This document shows positions 1-13,483 of a stretch of DNA of 64,000 nt, piece after piece. This DNA comes from the human T2T-CHM13v2.0 reference genome, Homo sapiens, in NCBI RefSeq assembly GCF_009914755.1, contig NC_060929.1. The stretch is one strand, 5' to 3'. Under the pieces are notes generated by a model. It saw only the letters and a list, made by a program, of their open reading frames with translations, had not been told where the DNA came from and did no database searches. The position numbers were made by a program, and so were the translations under genes. The stretch's first letter is position 1. Each line of letters opens with the position of its first letter.

Positions 1-499
1 GGAATTGATCCATCTTGGAAGCCGCTCTCAGGCTTGTCCCCTGCCCTTCCCATTCCCTCCTTGAGGCTCCCTTGCCTGCTCCAATAGCTTCAGGATGTCC
101 CAAAGCCCCTTGAGGCAGAGGCTTCCTCTGGCTTTCTATGTTCTCAGATCCAGATGTCACCTGTCAGCTCTGCCTCCCTGTGAAATGAGAGTCAGTCTCT
201 CGGGGCAGCAATCTTGCTGGGTTTTTCTTCTAAGGGATAGCACAACCCAGCCCCCGCTGCCTCCTGGCCTTGGCTAGACTGCTCAAAGCCAGAGATGCTC
301 TCTAATGACAGGGATGAGGCTTGCCTCTGTTCCCATGGCAACTACTGTGCTCTGCTAAGTCAATCACTTTTGAAGTTCCTGCTGGTGCTAAAGTTATTTT
401 GCATAGAAGTGCTGAACCCTTATCCAAGAACTCTGTTCTGAGTCTTTAGATCCTTTCAGGTCTCTTAAAAGTTGATTTTCCCTTTCCCTTCCTTTGTTG

Positions 500-1180
500 A
501 AGTCCTTTAATCTTTAAAGCCCAGCTCAAATCCCACCGCTTCCAAGAGACTTTTCTAGACCTCCTCCTCCCTTCCTTCCCTATTCAGTCAATCTCTTGCT
601 CTCCACAGTCCCCTGGGGCATGTTTATGGTTCTATTAGATCACAGTCTGCCTGTTTCAGAGTTATTTATGTGTCTCTTTCTGAGCCCCTGGTGAGTGATC
701 AGCCCATAGTAGGTGCTAAACAAACATTTGTTTGAATTTATTTGAATTTCCTTTCAGGGTTTTAAATATTTTCTATTATTAATAGTACAGGCCGTTACTA
801 ATAATCCCTTACACTTGTAAAATTATTTACAGTTTATATATAGCTTCATGCTTGAGGGTACTGCTTTAAACCCCAGCTCCACCCTTCCTAGCTGTGTGAC
901 CAGTATACAAGCCTTGTAGCCTCTCTCAACCTGCTTCTCATCAGTAACGTGGATTGTGGTAACGATAAAACTAAATGTGTAAAGGGTTTACTTAGCACAG
1001 GGCCGGATGTCCAGTGATCCTTCAATAAATGTTAATTATTATCATAACTCATGATCTTGTTTGGACCTCACGAAAGCTCTGGGATGTAAAAGGGGCAGGA
1101 ATTTTGTTAGTGTCATCATTGTTATCAATGACATATGAAGAGACTGAAGCTTAGAGAAGGTAAGAGTTGCCTAGGTGTTC
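500..1180. mobile_element. L2 3' end followed by MIR fragments
   Basis: L2 tail (gtaggtgctaaacaaacatttgtttgaat) and MIR cores (ctagctgtgtgacc; gactgaagcttagagaagg). Confidence 0.6.
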
Positions 1181-1197
1181 AGACTTTAGTCAAATAC

Positions 1198-1680
1198 TGT
1201 GATGGGCACCTATTGTCTGCCTTGCAGCTGCTCCCCTTTCTTGGAAACAGAACCTAGATTTTCTTTGATGGGTTTCCACTGATGGGTTGACTCCAGGAGC
1301 AGGCTTGGACAATTAGAGCATCAAATGTCCCTGGTCAAAGTGATTAGTTCAGGAATGCACAAGTGACCTAAGACTGTCTAGTGAGACTCAATTCTGAGAA
1401 TTTTGTTTGGATTTTTGAGAACAAGATTGTTCATTGTCTCTTTGCTGCTAGACTTGGAGCAAGAAGATTAGAAGCCTGGACCTGCCTGGAGCTAACTGTA
1501 GTGAAGAGAAAAAAAGCAAAGTGAGAGGTAAAGACAGATTCCCAATAACACCATTTGAGTACATGGGTCCTTTCCAGTCCTACCTGAAGCTAGAACTACT
1601 CCCCTGGACTTCAGTTATGGGAACAATACGTTCCTTCTTTCTTACACCAATTTGTGTTGACATCTGTCACTTGCTACTGG
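1198..1680 (+). mobile_element. ERVL-MaLR LTR, MLT1K/L-like
   Basis: gtgattagttcaggaatgcacaagtgacc and cctggacttcagttatgggaacaat...gtcacttgc resemble old MLT1 LTRs. Confidence 0.6.
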
Positions 1681-2527
1681 ATGAGTACCAACTACTGCGA
1701 GAATGCTGTCTTATCCACACAGAAATCAAGGATCTCTTTATCCAATTCATTTGCTCAACAAGCACTTACTGAGCAACTATTATGTGCCTTTCACTCACTG
1801 GGACTAAGACTACAGATATGGACAAGACAAACCACCTGGCCCTCTTGGAGTTGATGGTCCATTGTCATTCCCTTAGACTTGTGAAGACACTGAGGCTCAG
1901 AGAGGAGAACACCCCAAAATATGTGTCCTTCACATGATTAAGAGTGCCTCGGTCCTGAATGAAGCTGGGCTGGAGCTGAGGCAGGCAGTGGTAATTGGCT
2001 GGTCACTGGCAGGAAGAGCTGGTTTAGGGATTAGTGAGTTTCTGCTCAGCAGGAAGCTTCCAGACCAACGCTGGCAGTTGGACCTGGAGGCTGAGCCCTC
2101 GTCCCCTGGATCCAGGACTTCAGGCAGGGGATAGTTTCCTGCGAGCAGCATGGCTCCAAGGTCTCATTTGAGGGTGTCAATTCCCATGCTCCTGGCTTTA
2201 TGGGTGGACTCGCTTTGGTCTGGAATTCTGATTATGAAGAGGCCTTTCAGCATCAAGATTACCCTGGAGGGAGGCTTCATCTCACAGGGATTTTCAATAT
2301 GCTTATCAAAGGGAAAAGCCCCATCTTATAGCCTAACCTGAGCCTAGTTTTTTCCTTTATCCTATGACCCACCCTTGGGAGAACCTAGTCTCTTGGGCAA
2401 ACCCAGTCTCTCAGGGCCAGGTCTCTCACGGAGGTTGTGATACCTAGAAATTGGATTTGCACTCAGCTGGCTTAGTTTTTCTCTGCCTCCTCAGTTCCTA
2501 GCACAGACCCTGGCTTATAGTAGATGA

Positions 2528-2873
<346 letters not shown>

Positions 2874-3586
2874 TGCTCATACGATTATTTTAAGATAGGG
2901 AGAGGCACCCATTCTGAGACAGATTGACCATGAAATTAGTACAGCTTAAGCTTCCAGACCCCTCCCTAGCACAGGGTCCTCTCTAATCCCTGAGGGGGGC
3001 TCCGACACTGTGTTCACATGATCACGTATCTGAAAGTTGAGCCCGTCATCTTAACTGCAATCAGTTGTGATCAATGACTCTTGCCTCTGACCTCTTCACT
3101 GTTATTTTCCTCAGGACAGATGGCTTTAGAAGGACTGTGGCATTTTGGGGGTCTGGCTCACGGGAAGTTGAACTGGGGATACATGCACAGTTAAGTCGGC
3201 TGTCTCGGTATAGAAATGTCTTCCAGGGCTCTTGCTGTCTGCTGAGCTGACTCACTTGACATATTATGACACAAAGGTGCAGGCCCCAAGCTTGGATGGC
3301 AGCGTGAAGGTGTCTTCCAGTCCCCGGCAATAGAAGTATATGTGTCGGAGAAGAGGGACAATTTTGAAATCTAAGGAGCCAAGAGCTAAGCTGTGGAAAA
3401 TTCTTCCAATTATCAGACCTGTAAAATTCTAAGCAAAAGACTCAGTGCTCAAAGATGCTTAAGCAAAATGGAAATTATTTCCTGTCAGGAATATTCTACA
3501 ATACAGTACATATCATTATAAATACACACACCAAAACCTTTTTCTTTCTTTCTTTCTTTTTTTTTTTTTTTCCTAGCCCTGGCTAG

Positions 3587-3898
<312 letters not shown>

Positions 3899-3934
3899 AC
3901 TTCTGTTTTCTTTTTCTTTTTTTGATGGATATCA

Positions 3935-4408
3935 TGTTATGGGTTGAATTATGTCCCCACCCCTCAAAAAAAAAAAAAATAAAAAAACAAGAAATGTTTA
4001 AACCCCACCTACCTCAGAATGTGTCAGAATGTAGACCTGATCTGGAAATAGGATTTTTACAGAGATAATCAAGTTAAAATGAGGTCATTAGGGTAGGCCC
4101 TTAATCCAATATGACTGGTATTCTTATAAAAAGGGGAAATTTGGACACAGGCAGACGTGCAAAAGAAGAACACCAAGCTTTGATGAAGGCGAGATTAGCG
4201 TGACACATCTCCAAGCCAGGGAGCACCAGAGATTGCCAACAAACCACCAGAGGCTGGGGGAGAGGCCCGGAACAGATTCCCTCATGGCCTTAGAAGGAAT
4301 CAACCCTGCCAACACCTTGATCTCCAACTTTTAGCCTCCAGGACTGAGAAATTAGATCGCTTGCTAAGTTTATGGTATTTTGTTATGGCAGCCCTAGCAA
4401 GCCAATAG
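3935..4408 (+). mobile_element. ERVL-MaLR solo LTR, MLT1B/C-like
   Basis: tgttatgggttgaattatgtcccc...gttaaaatgaggtcattagggtaggcccttaatccaatatgactgg...ttgttatggcagccctagc. Confidence 0.85.
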
Positions 4409-5028
4409 CACGTGAAGGAGAATTTACCAGAAAACCCATGTCTGTGGCCCACCAACCAGCAGCAGCATTACACACAGTGACTACATCTCATGTTTTATGC
4501 ATTCCAACCATCAAAAATTAAAGAGAAAAATTCAATTAACCATGCAAGGGGGAAGAGTGGATTATCTTTCCATTCTATGTTTAGAAAATGATTACAAAAC
4601 CATTTTCCTGTCAAGACTGTGGTGACACCTGTGGCCAGTGCTCATCCTCCCAACACTACACTGCTCCTGAGTCTGGGCCTTTTTTCTGTTGTCTGCATCT
4701 AGGACTTCCCTGGTGCCTGAGTGTGCTCTCTGGGTCCTATTTAGAGAAACAACTGGCTGGGCTCTGCTCCCATGGGCCCAGATGTCAGGTTTGAGGTTCT
4801 AGAGAATTAAGGGGTCAGAGTGGCCTGGACTCTGTCTCCAAAACTGCCCTTCTTCATCATTTTTCATTCCTTTCCTCCAGCCAGAAAATGAAATTGGAGT
4901 TATTTCCTCTCAGAACCTGAAAAAATGTTGCCTTCATGTTTGGCCACGGACAGACGAGCTGTCTCAATTACCCTGGGAAAGGCCATCTAAACATTGGCGA
5001 TTCCACTGGGTTTTTCTTTCCACCTTTT

Positions 5029-5067
5029 CCTCCTCCTCCTCCTCCTCATCCTCCTCCTCCTCCTCCT
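5029..5067 (+). repeat. (CCT)6 CAT (CCT)6 trinucleotide repeat
   Basis: Read directly. Confidence 0.95.
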
Positions 5068-5394
5068 CCCCCCAGCCAGGCCTCCAGGCTCCCTTCCCTG
5101 CTCCACAGTGTCCTCAGGGGAACCCCAGCCCTCTTCTCCTCCTCCAACCCACCTCCTGCCTGCCTTTGCCACCAGCCTCTCTGGCTTGCTATCATATTCA
5201 GGTGACCTGCCGGGGGTCAAGTTTTCCTTAGGGTTCTGTCTGAAGCTCTTGGCTCAGGACCTGGGGAAGAACAGAGGGAATCAAAAAGTGATTCAGTTGC
5301 AGGGTCCAGGCTGGCATTTGGTGGCTGACATTGTAGATGGTTCTACCTAGAGCACCCTCAAATACAAGACTCTGAACCCAGCACCGAGCGGGCA

Positions 5395-5620
5395 TCAGTC
5401 CGAACTCTTTGGGTGACAGAAACCCAACTTGCCAGCTTAGGGAAGAAGGAGGAATTTCCTGACTCGCGTAACCACAAGGAAGGAGACAGGATGGAATCAA
5501 GCTTCGGAGATGACTTGAACTCTTTCCACCTTTCACCTTTACATTTCTTTGGGCGTCATTGTCATCCTTCCAGACAAGTAGCCCTCACCATGACCAGGAA
5601 GGAACTAAGAGCCACTCTCT
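5395..5620 (-). mobile_element. MLT1K/L-like LTR fragment
   Basis: gtgacagaaacccaact...gcttaggg...ggaatttcctgactcgcgtaac resembles the reverse MLT1 3' end. Confidence 0.5.
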
Positions 5621-5654
5621 AGGTCCAAGTTAAAATGTATCAGAGAATTTAGAC

Positions 5655-6130
5655 ATGGCTGGTGGGAAAGTAAAATGCCCCTGTGGAAAATAGTTTGACG
5701 GTACTTCACAAAGTTAGACACAGAATTGCCATATGACCCAGCAATTCCACTCCTAGGTATATACCCAAAAAAGTTGAAAACAGGGATTCAAATATACGTT
5801 CCTCATAGCATTATTTACAATAGCCAAAAGGTGGAAACAGCCCAAATGTCCTTTCAATGGATAAATGAATAAATTGTAGTAAATACACACAATGGAATAT
5901 TATTCAGCCATAAAAAAGAAATGAAGTCCTGATATATACTACAACCCAGATGAACTTCAGAAGCATTACGCTAAGTAAAAGAAGCCACATGCAAAAGTTC
6001 GTGTATTGTGCAATTCCATTTGTGTGAAATATCTGGAATAGGTAAATTCATAGAGACAGAACCTGGACCGGTGGTTGCCAGGGTCTACGGGAAAGGGAGA
6101 ATGGAGAGGGTTTCCTTTTGAAATGATGAT
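5655..6130 (+). mobile_element. L1 (L1MB-like) 3' fragment
   Basis: ccatatgacccagcaattccactcctaggtatataccc and cacaatggaatattattcagccataaaaaagaa are L1 hallmarks. Confidence 0.85.
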
Positions 6131-6339
6131 CAATCAACAGGGTGTAGGGTGGCACTTACAAAAGAAAGGGCAGCTCCCACTGGAGTCAGGTGGCTACAGT
6201 TGAGGGTAGTCACATTCTTGCAGGGTGGAAGACAGAGTACTCTTTTGGAAAAGAGTAGTTATTTATTAAACTATAGTTTAATAAACAAGATGTGACACAA
6301 TCAAACATTGGAGATAGGAGAAAATTTAGAACTACTCCA

Positions 6340-6806
<467 letters not shown>

Positions 6807-8647
6807 GACTTCTTCATTTTATAGGTGAGAAAAATGAGGCCTAGAGAGATGAAGCATCTTATATAAGCACACACAACAATTTAGGGCCGCAGCCATAACC
6901 AACACTCAGGGCTTAGTTTAGGAAAAGTGGAGATGATGTTTTTAATTGGGAAGAAGCTCTATTGTCTCTTGTTTATAAAAGGAACATGCTTGTTGCATGC
7001 ATTTTAGAAACACTCAAAAAATATTAAGAAAAATAAAGACCGACATAATTTCCATGACTCAGAGATTGTCATAGTTAACATTTATATATATTCTTCTAGG
7101 CCTTTTTTTTCCTATGCATTTCCATTCATAGACATATATATAGATTAAAATGCATTTTATTCTGTCTCCTGCTTTTTTCTCATTTAATATATTTCGGACA
7201 TTTTTTATGTCATTAAATGTAGATTTATGCCATCATTTTAATATCTGTGAGAGATTAATTTTGAACAGGAGATTCTGCAAGACTCTTTTGAGGAAGTGGC
7301 ATTTGAAAACAGACCCTTGAAGAATCAGGAGGCTGAGACGGTGGCCAGAGCGTTCTCAGCAGAGGGCAGAGTATAGACAAAGTCAAGTTGGTGACAGGAC
7401 ACTCTGTCCATTAGAAGCTTGCTTTTGACAGATGCAAGAATCAGGGCTCAGAGAGGCAAGGTAATGTTTACCAAGGTCATACAGTGAGTCCTTGTAAAGG
7501 GCAGGGCTCGAACCCAGGACTCCCAACTCTCAGGTCTGGGCTTTGGCCTCCAGAAAATCCAGTCTCGATTCTTCACATTGGTATTCGCAGCTTTGCATCA
7601 CCTGGTTCTCACCCGCTTTGATTACCTTAATCACAGATGACATCCCATCACAGGACATCCTCTGCATCTGCTCCATGCACAGGCAGGGAGGTCAAGGCCC
7701 ACTGAGGGGAAGGCAGTCTGAGTCATTAAGCAAGATGATAATCGCTGGCATGGAGAGAGCCCTCACTGCATGTCAGGCCATGAACTGGGGCCTGGTCCGC
7801 ATCCTACCACAAGACCCTCTCTTCTCCTCCCTGGGGGCTGTGCCTGTGTGACCCCTGACTCACCGTCTGCCTGCCTCACTGCTGTGAGTCAGCGGCATTC
7901 TTTGTGGCTGAGAGCAGCGCAGCTCAACCTCAGGGCCCTTCCCCTGTACCTTGGTGAGCCTGGCACATCCTCCAGCTAGGCTAGGAGTAAAAGAGTCAGC
8001 GGATGAGTGGCCTTGGGTCATGGCCTGAGAGCTGACCTGTGGGGGCCACTGGGATTCGGATGACTCAGAGCTGCCTCCATGCTGTTCGGAAGCTGGACAC
8101 TGACTCTGTGAAGTAGTACTGGGCAGAAAGTACCAGCAACTGTCTGGGCTGGGAAGGGATGGTAGGAGGCAGTGAGAAGTTTCCCTGATAACCTCCCTTA
8201 CCCCTTTGAGTACAAGTCAACCCCATCTCCGGGTGGCTGTTGGGGTGAGGGTTAAGAGCATGGGTTTTGCCACAAGGCAAACCTAGTTTGGGGTTGGAGT
8301 CCTAAGTCTGCTTCTTACAGTGTGACCTTGGCAAGTCACTTAACCTCTCTGGGCCTCTGAAAAAGGGAAACTGGGAAAACCAGTGCCTGCTACTGCAAAA
8401 CTAAATGAGATCATGTATGTAATGCACTTAGCACAGTATAGGACACTGATAAAGCTCTTAGAAATTGGTAGTTATTATTTAGATAATATTATAGTAGACA
8501 TTATCCAGGGTCTCTTCTAACATTCTCCTTTCATTTATTCACTCATTCATTCATGTGATGAGTATTTATATATTGAGTACCTATAGGAGTTGGGGGACAG
8601 AGTTCAGAACAGGCTTTCTGAGGACTGACGGTCACCCAATTGCTAAT

Positions 8648-9004
8648 TGTATTATTCTGTTTTCATACTGCTATAAAGAACTGCCTGAGACTGGGTAATT
8701 TACAGAGGAAAGAGGCTTAATTGACTCATCAGTTCAGCATGGCTGGGGAAGGCCTCAAGAAACTTACAATAATGGCAGAAGATGAAGGGGAAACAAAGCA
8801 CCTTGTTTACAAAGCAGCAGGTAGAAGTGCCAAGCAAAAAAGGAAGAGCCCCTTATAAAACCATCAGATCCCATGAGAACTCTATCGCGACCCACCCACC
8901 ATAATCCAGTTACCTCCACCTGGACTCTCCCTTGACACGTGGGGATTATGGGGATTACAGTTCAAGAGGAGACTTGGGTGGGGACACAAAGCCTAACCGT
9001 ATCA
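8648..9004 (-). mobile_element. THE1-family (ERVL-MaLR) solo LTR
   Basis: tgtatta...gagactgggtaattt...ccccttataaaaccatcagatc...gggacacaaagcctaaccgtatca; TG..CA ends; 5-bp TSD ctaat/ctgat. Confidence 0.9.
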
Positions 9005-9039
9005 CTGATGTTCACGGTTAACCCCTTCGTTGAGCAAAG

Positions 9040-9450
9040 AAAATACAGATATCAATAGACATGGTTCCTTCCATCATGGAACTTATATTCTAGTGGGGGA
9101 AAATGAGACAATAAATAGACAAATGGACAATAAACAAGAAAATGACAGATACAGTGGAGAGTGATGGGAAGAGGCCACTTTGGATGGAGTGGCCAGGGGC
9201 AACCTCTCTGAAGAGGTGGCATTTCCTGAGCCAGGAGGGCTGAGCCATGAGGGGAGCCTGGGCTTGTGAAGAGGCAGGAGGAGTGTCTCAAGCACGGCGA
9301 GGTCAAGGCAGGCACCAGTGTCAGGAGAAGGCTTTGCTGTGGATGACACAGCAAGGAGGCAGTGGGACTGCAGGGAGAAGGGAGCAGTGCAGGGTGAGAT
9401 GTGGGCAGGGAGTGGCCAGACCTTGTGGGCCATGTTAAAACATGTTCATT
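9040..9450 (-). mobile_element. L2 fragment
   Basis: catggaacttatattctagtgggg...ctctctgaagaggtggcattt...ccagaccttgtgggccatgtt; L2 tail also near 8530-8600. Confidence 0.7.
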
Positions 9451-10329
9451 TCTTGCTAAATGCAAGTCCATGCCTCCGTAGGCTGGAGTTCAGAGTAAGA
9501 CTCTCGAATACCTGAATGAGAACTAAGCTGAGAAGAGCTTAACCATCTTTCTGAGGGGCATCCATGTCCCATCCAGACAGCTGTGAACATCAGCCCTCTC
9601 AGCACCAGCAGGGACCTTGAAAGTGAGCCCCTCCCCAAAGTAGGCAGGGAGACCACAGCAAAGCCACCCTGCACTGTGCTATTTCTGGCGGGGGGCCGGG
9701 CCCTCCAGCTGCATTCCAGGAGGAAATCTGACCAAATGGTTGAAACTGAGGAATGCAGAGCCCACCCCTACCTCAGACAGAAGGAGCCCTTTCTCACCCA
9801 GGCCCCTGAGGTGAGGCTTTCCGGGGACTAGGGGTCACCCGATTTCTCCTGTTTATGGTTAAAGCCTTTGCTGAGCAGAGAAAACACAGCTGTCAGCCAG
9901 AGGCTCAGCACAACACCTGCAGGAAGGGACCGGGCCTGGCAGGGGAGGGGGCTGCCCAGGCTTGCTGGGGTCCTCTCCCTGCCTGCAAAGTTCAGTCACT
10001 CTGGCATTCAAGGACCTGTATCTACCTTGACTATCCTAAGCAGGGAAGACAGCCTGCCACAGATCATCCTCTGAAGCCAGAGACGGACGGGGCCACCCAG
10101 CTAGATAATAACAATTGCTAACATCAAGAACTTACTATGGGTCAGGCGGTGTGGTCAGAGCTTGAGTAACATCTAACAAACCTTTGGTGTGGGTACTCGT
10201 GTTACTGCCATTTTACAGATGGAGAAATTGAGGCTTCAGAGGTTTAATGACAAGCCCAAGATCAAGCAACTACTAAGTAGAGGACTCAAGATTTGAACCC
10301 CGGCCTTCTGACTCTAGAGCTCGCTCTGG

Positions 10330-10682
10330 TTTTCATTGTGTTTGATTTCCTTATATTAATTTTTTCTCAAAGGGAACTTATTATAATACTACTATTAATG
10401 GAAACACATATTAGGCAAAAGTAAAAATAAAAGCAAAAAAAAAAAAGGAAATAATGTTAGTAAATTCCAGCTGGATACTGTTGCTGTTCAAAGAGCTAAA
10501 TCTGAAACCTTTATTCAACTGATGAACAAGAGAGATTAACAAATGTTAGAAAGGTATTGATGATACACAAGCACTGAACTGAGTCAGGATTTCTCTTGAA
10601 ATAATCTGCAAGCTAAAATGAGATTGAAAAGGGAATCAGTTTTTCACTGCGTGCTTCACTGTTATTTAATATGGTTTAGCTA
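10330..10682 (+). mobile_element. hAT-Charlie-like DNA transposon fragment
   Basis: Shares taaatt..a.ct.gata.tgttgct and ttaga.aggtatt blocks with 22657-23150. Confidence 0.5.
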
Positions 10683-11043
10683 TGTAGTCATCATTAGTGC
10701 TGTTCAGCAAACATTTCTGGCTTTCTGCCTCCCAGGCACATGGAGGGTTGACACCTCCTGATTCCTTTGTGATTGGGTGGGGCCATGTGACCAGTTCTGG
10801 CCCTTTCTAAATGGCACATTACTTCTGGGCTAGAACATTTTAATTCCTGGTGTGAGGCCAGCCAGCCCTCTCTTGTCCAGAGCCTGGTTCCCAGAGTGAG
10901 GTCAGTGAAGAGGAGAGACAGCCCCCAGCTAAGCCACAGTGATTATGTAACACAAGCAAGAAATAAGCTTGGTGTTATAAGTCATTAAGTCTTTCAGGTT
11001 GTTTATTTACTGCAGCGTAACCTAAGCTATTCTGACTCATACA
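10683..11043 (+). mobile_element. MLT1I/J-like solo LTR
   Basis: ggggccatgtgaccagttctggcc...caagaaataagctt...ttactgcagcgtaaccta...ctgactcataca. Confidence 0.75.
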
Positions 11044-12716
11044 GCATATCATCTAAAATCACATTAAAGATGCAGCCCCTCTCTTTAAAGCCCACAGTCT
11101 TAATTGCTGTGTTGTGCCAGACATTGACCAAGCCAAGACTGGAGCAAAGCCTTAATGTTCCTTGTGGAATGCTCTTACCTTTACTGTTGCCTCCTTCCCC
11201 AAGTCCACTACCTTGGAAAACTACCCATTTCCCCAAAGTGCCCTTGACTCTCCCCATGTCAGAGCGTTGCTTACATTTTTCTCTCTGCCAGGAATGATAT
11301 ATACCTCCATCTCTGCCCCAGTTGGAGACATGGTAAAGAGATAGGCTGCCTGCGTTTCGACGTGGACTCTGCTACTTGCCAGCTGTGTGATCTGGGCTCC
11401 TCAGTTAACCTCCCTGGGCCTTGGTTTCCTAATCTGTAAAATGGGATAGTCGTGACTCTGTTATTCACAGAGCTGTTGTGAGGATTTAGTGTGTTAACAT
11501 ATGGAAACCATGTAGAACAATGTCTCACACATAGTAAGATATTTATCAGCATTAAGCTATCATTAGCAACCCTGCCTGTTGAAATCCTGCCTACCTTTTG
11601 AGGACTAGCTCACATTTCACCATTTCCATGAAGCCTTCTGAGGTCCCCCAAATGGAAGCACTCTCTGCCCACTCTTATGGCAAATTGCCTGGTGCTTTCA
11701 AACTCCCTAGGTTGTAAGCTCCTTGGGCAGAGTCACATCTTCATTATCTGGATATCCCCACCTCCCTCCACAGTGGCCTGGCATACAGGAGGACCAAGGA
11801 ATGGGGGTTACATTGAACAGAATAGTCCAGGGTAGGGAGAGCTACCTTGGGCATCACTGAGGTTCATGCAGGGACAAGAAGGCTCTGAGTGTTGGCCTTG
11901 CCTCTTGGGAGGAGCTGGTCTTATCAAGTCAGTGCATCAAAAGCCTGGGGCCCTCTCCCTCACTTTCAGGTGGAAAGACCGAATACAGGTAGATTTGCTG
12001 CCTGTGGCTGCCATAACAAAGAACCACAAAGTGGGTGGCTTAAACAACAGAAATGTATTCTCTCAGTCCTAGAGGCTAGAAGTCCAAAATCAAGATGTCA
12101 GTAGGTCCATGCTCCTCTGAAACTCTAGGCAGAATTTGTTCTTGCCTCTTCCATGGCAGGAACCATGTCTGTTGATATCTGTAATTTCTTCCTTCCTGGT
12201 TGTGGCCATCAATCCTTGGCTTGTAGACACATCGCTCCAATCTCTGCCTCTGTTTTCACGTGGCATTGTCCCTGTGTGTCTGTGTTTTCACATGGAATTC
12301 CATGTGTGTGTCTCCTCACTTCTTATAAGGACACCAATCACATTGGATTAGACTTCCCCACAAATCCAGTACAACTCATCTTAATTTGAGTTAATCTGTA
12401 AGCCTCTATTTCCAAATATTGTTATGTGTGAGTTAACTGCTGGGGTATGTTCTGAGAAATATGTTGTTAGGCAATTTCATCATGTGTGAACATCACAGAG
12501 TGCACTTACACAAACCTAAATGGGATAGCCCATTACACACATAGGCTATATGAGAGGGCCCATTGCTCCTAGGCTACAAACCTGTCCAGCATGTTCCTGT
12601 ACTGAATACTGTAAGCAATTGGAACATAACGGTAAGTAATTGAGTAACTAAACATATCCAAACAGAAAAGGCACAGTAAAACACCATGTAAAAGATAATT
12701 AAAAAAGAAAAAAAAA

Positions 12717-12850
12717 TCTGGGTACAGTGGCACACACCTGTAATTCCAGCTACAGGAGGTTGAGGTTGGGACTCAGCCTTTACTCTAAGAGTTCAAGATC
12801 AGCCTGGGCAACATAGCAACATGGCAACACCCTATCTCTAAAAAAAGACA
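12717..12850 (+). mobile_element. FLAM/Alu monomer
   Basis: ctgggtacagtggcacacacctgtaattccagc...gagttcaagatcagcctgggcaacatag. Confidence 0.75.
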
Positions 12851-13034
12851 AAAATAGATGAAAAAGATAAAAAAACTTTACACTTGTGTAGGGCATTTCC
12901 TGTGAATGGAACCTGCAGGACTGGAAATTACTCTGGTGAGTCAGTGAGTCAATGGTGAGTGAGTGTGAAGGCCTAGGGCATTGCTGTACACTACTGTAGA
13001 CTTTATAAACACTGGACACTTAGGCTACACTAAC

Positions 13035-13483
13035 TTTTTTTTGAGACTGGGTCTCACTCTGTTACCCAGGCTGGAATGCAGTGGCTCAATCATAGCTCAC
13101 TGCAGCTTTGAACACCTGAGTGGAAGGACTCAATTAATCCTTCCACCTCAGCCTCCAGGATAGCTAGGACTACAGATATGTGCTGCCACACCTGGCTACT
13201 TTTTATTTTTTTATTTATTGTTATTATTTTTAGAGATAGGATCTCACTGTGTTGCCCAGGCTGGTCTTGAACTCCTGGGCTCAAGCAATCCTCCCACCTC
13301 AGCCTCCTGAGTAGCTGGGACTACAGCCATGTGCCACCATGTTCAGCTAACTTTTGTATTTTTTGTAGAGATGGCTTTTGGCCATGTTTCCTGGGTTGGT
13401 CTCAAACTCCTAGACTCAAGTGATCCACCTGCCTCAGCCTCCCAAAGTGCTGGGATTATAGGCATGAGCCACTGCACCAGCCT
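13035..13483 (-). mobile_element. Compound three-monomer Alu (AluJ-type)
   Basis: Three Alu monomers separated by T-rich linkers, flanked by taac(a)ttttt. Confidence 0.85.

Noticed and set aside
4936-5350. ORFs with poly-Leu (signal-peptide-like), poly-Pro and poly-Arg runs
   Set aside because: All are different frames of the (CCT)n repeat; the poly-Leu ORF starts at TTG; no supporting gene structure
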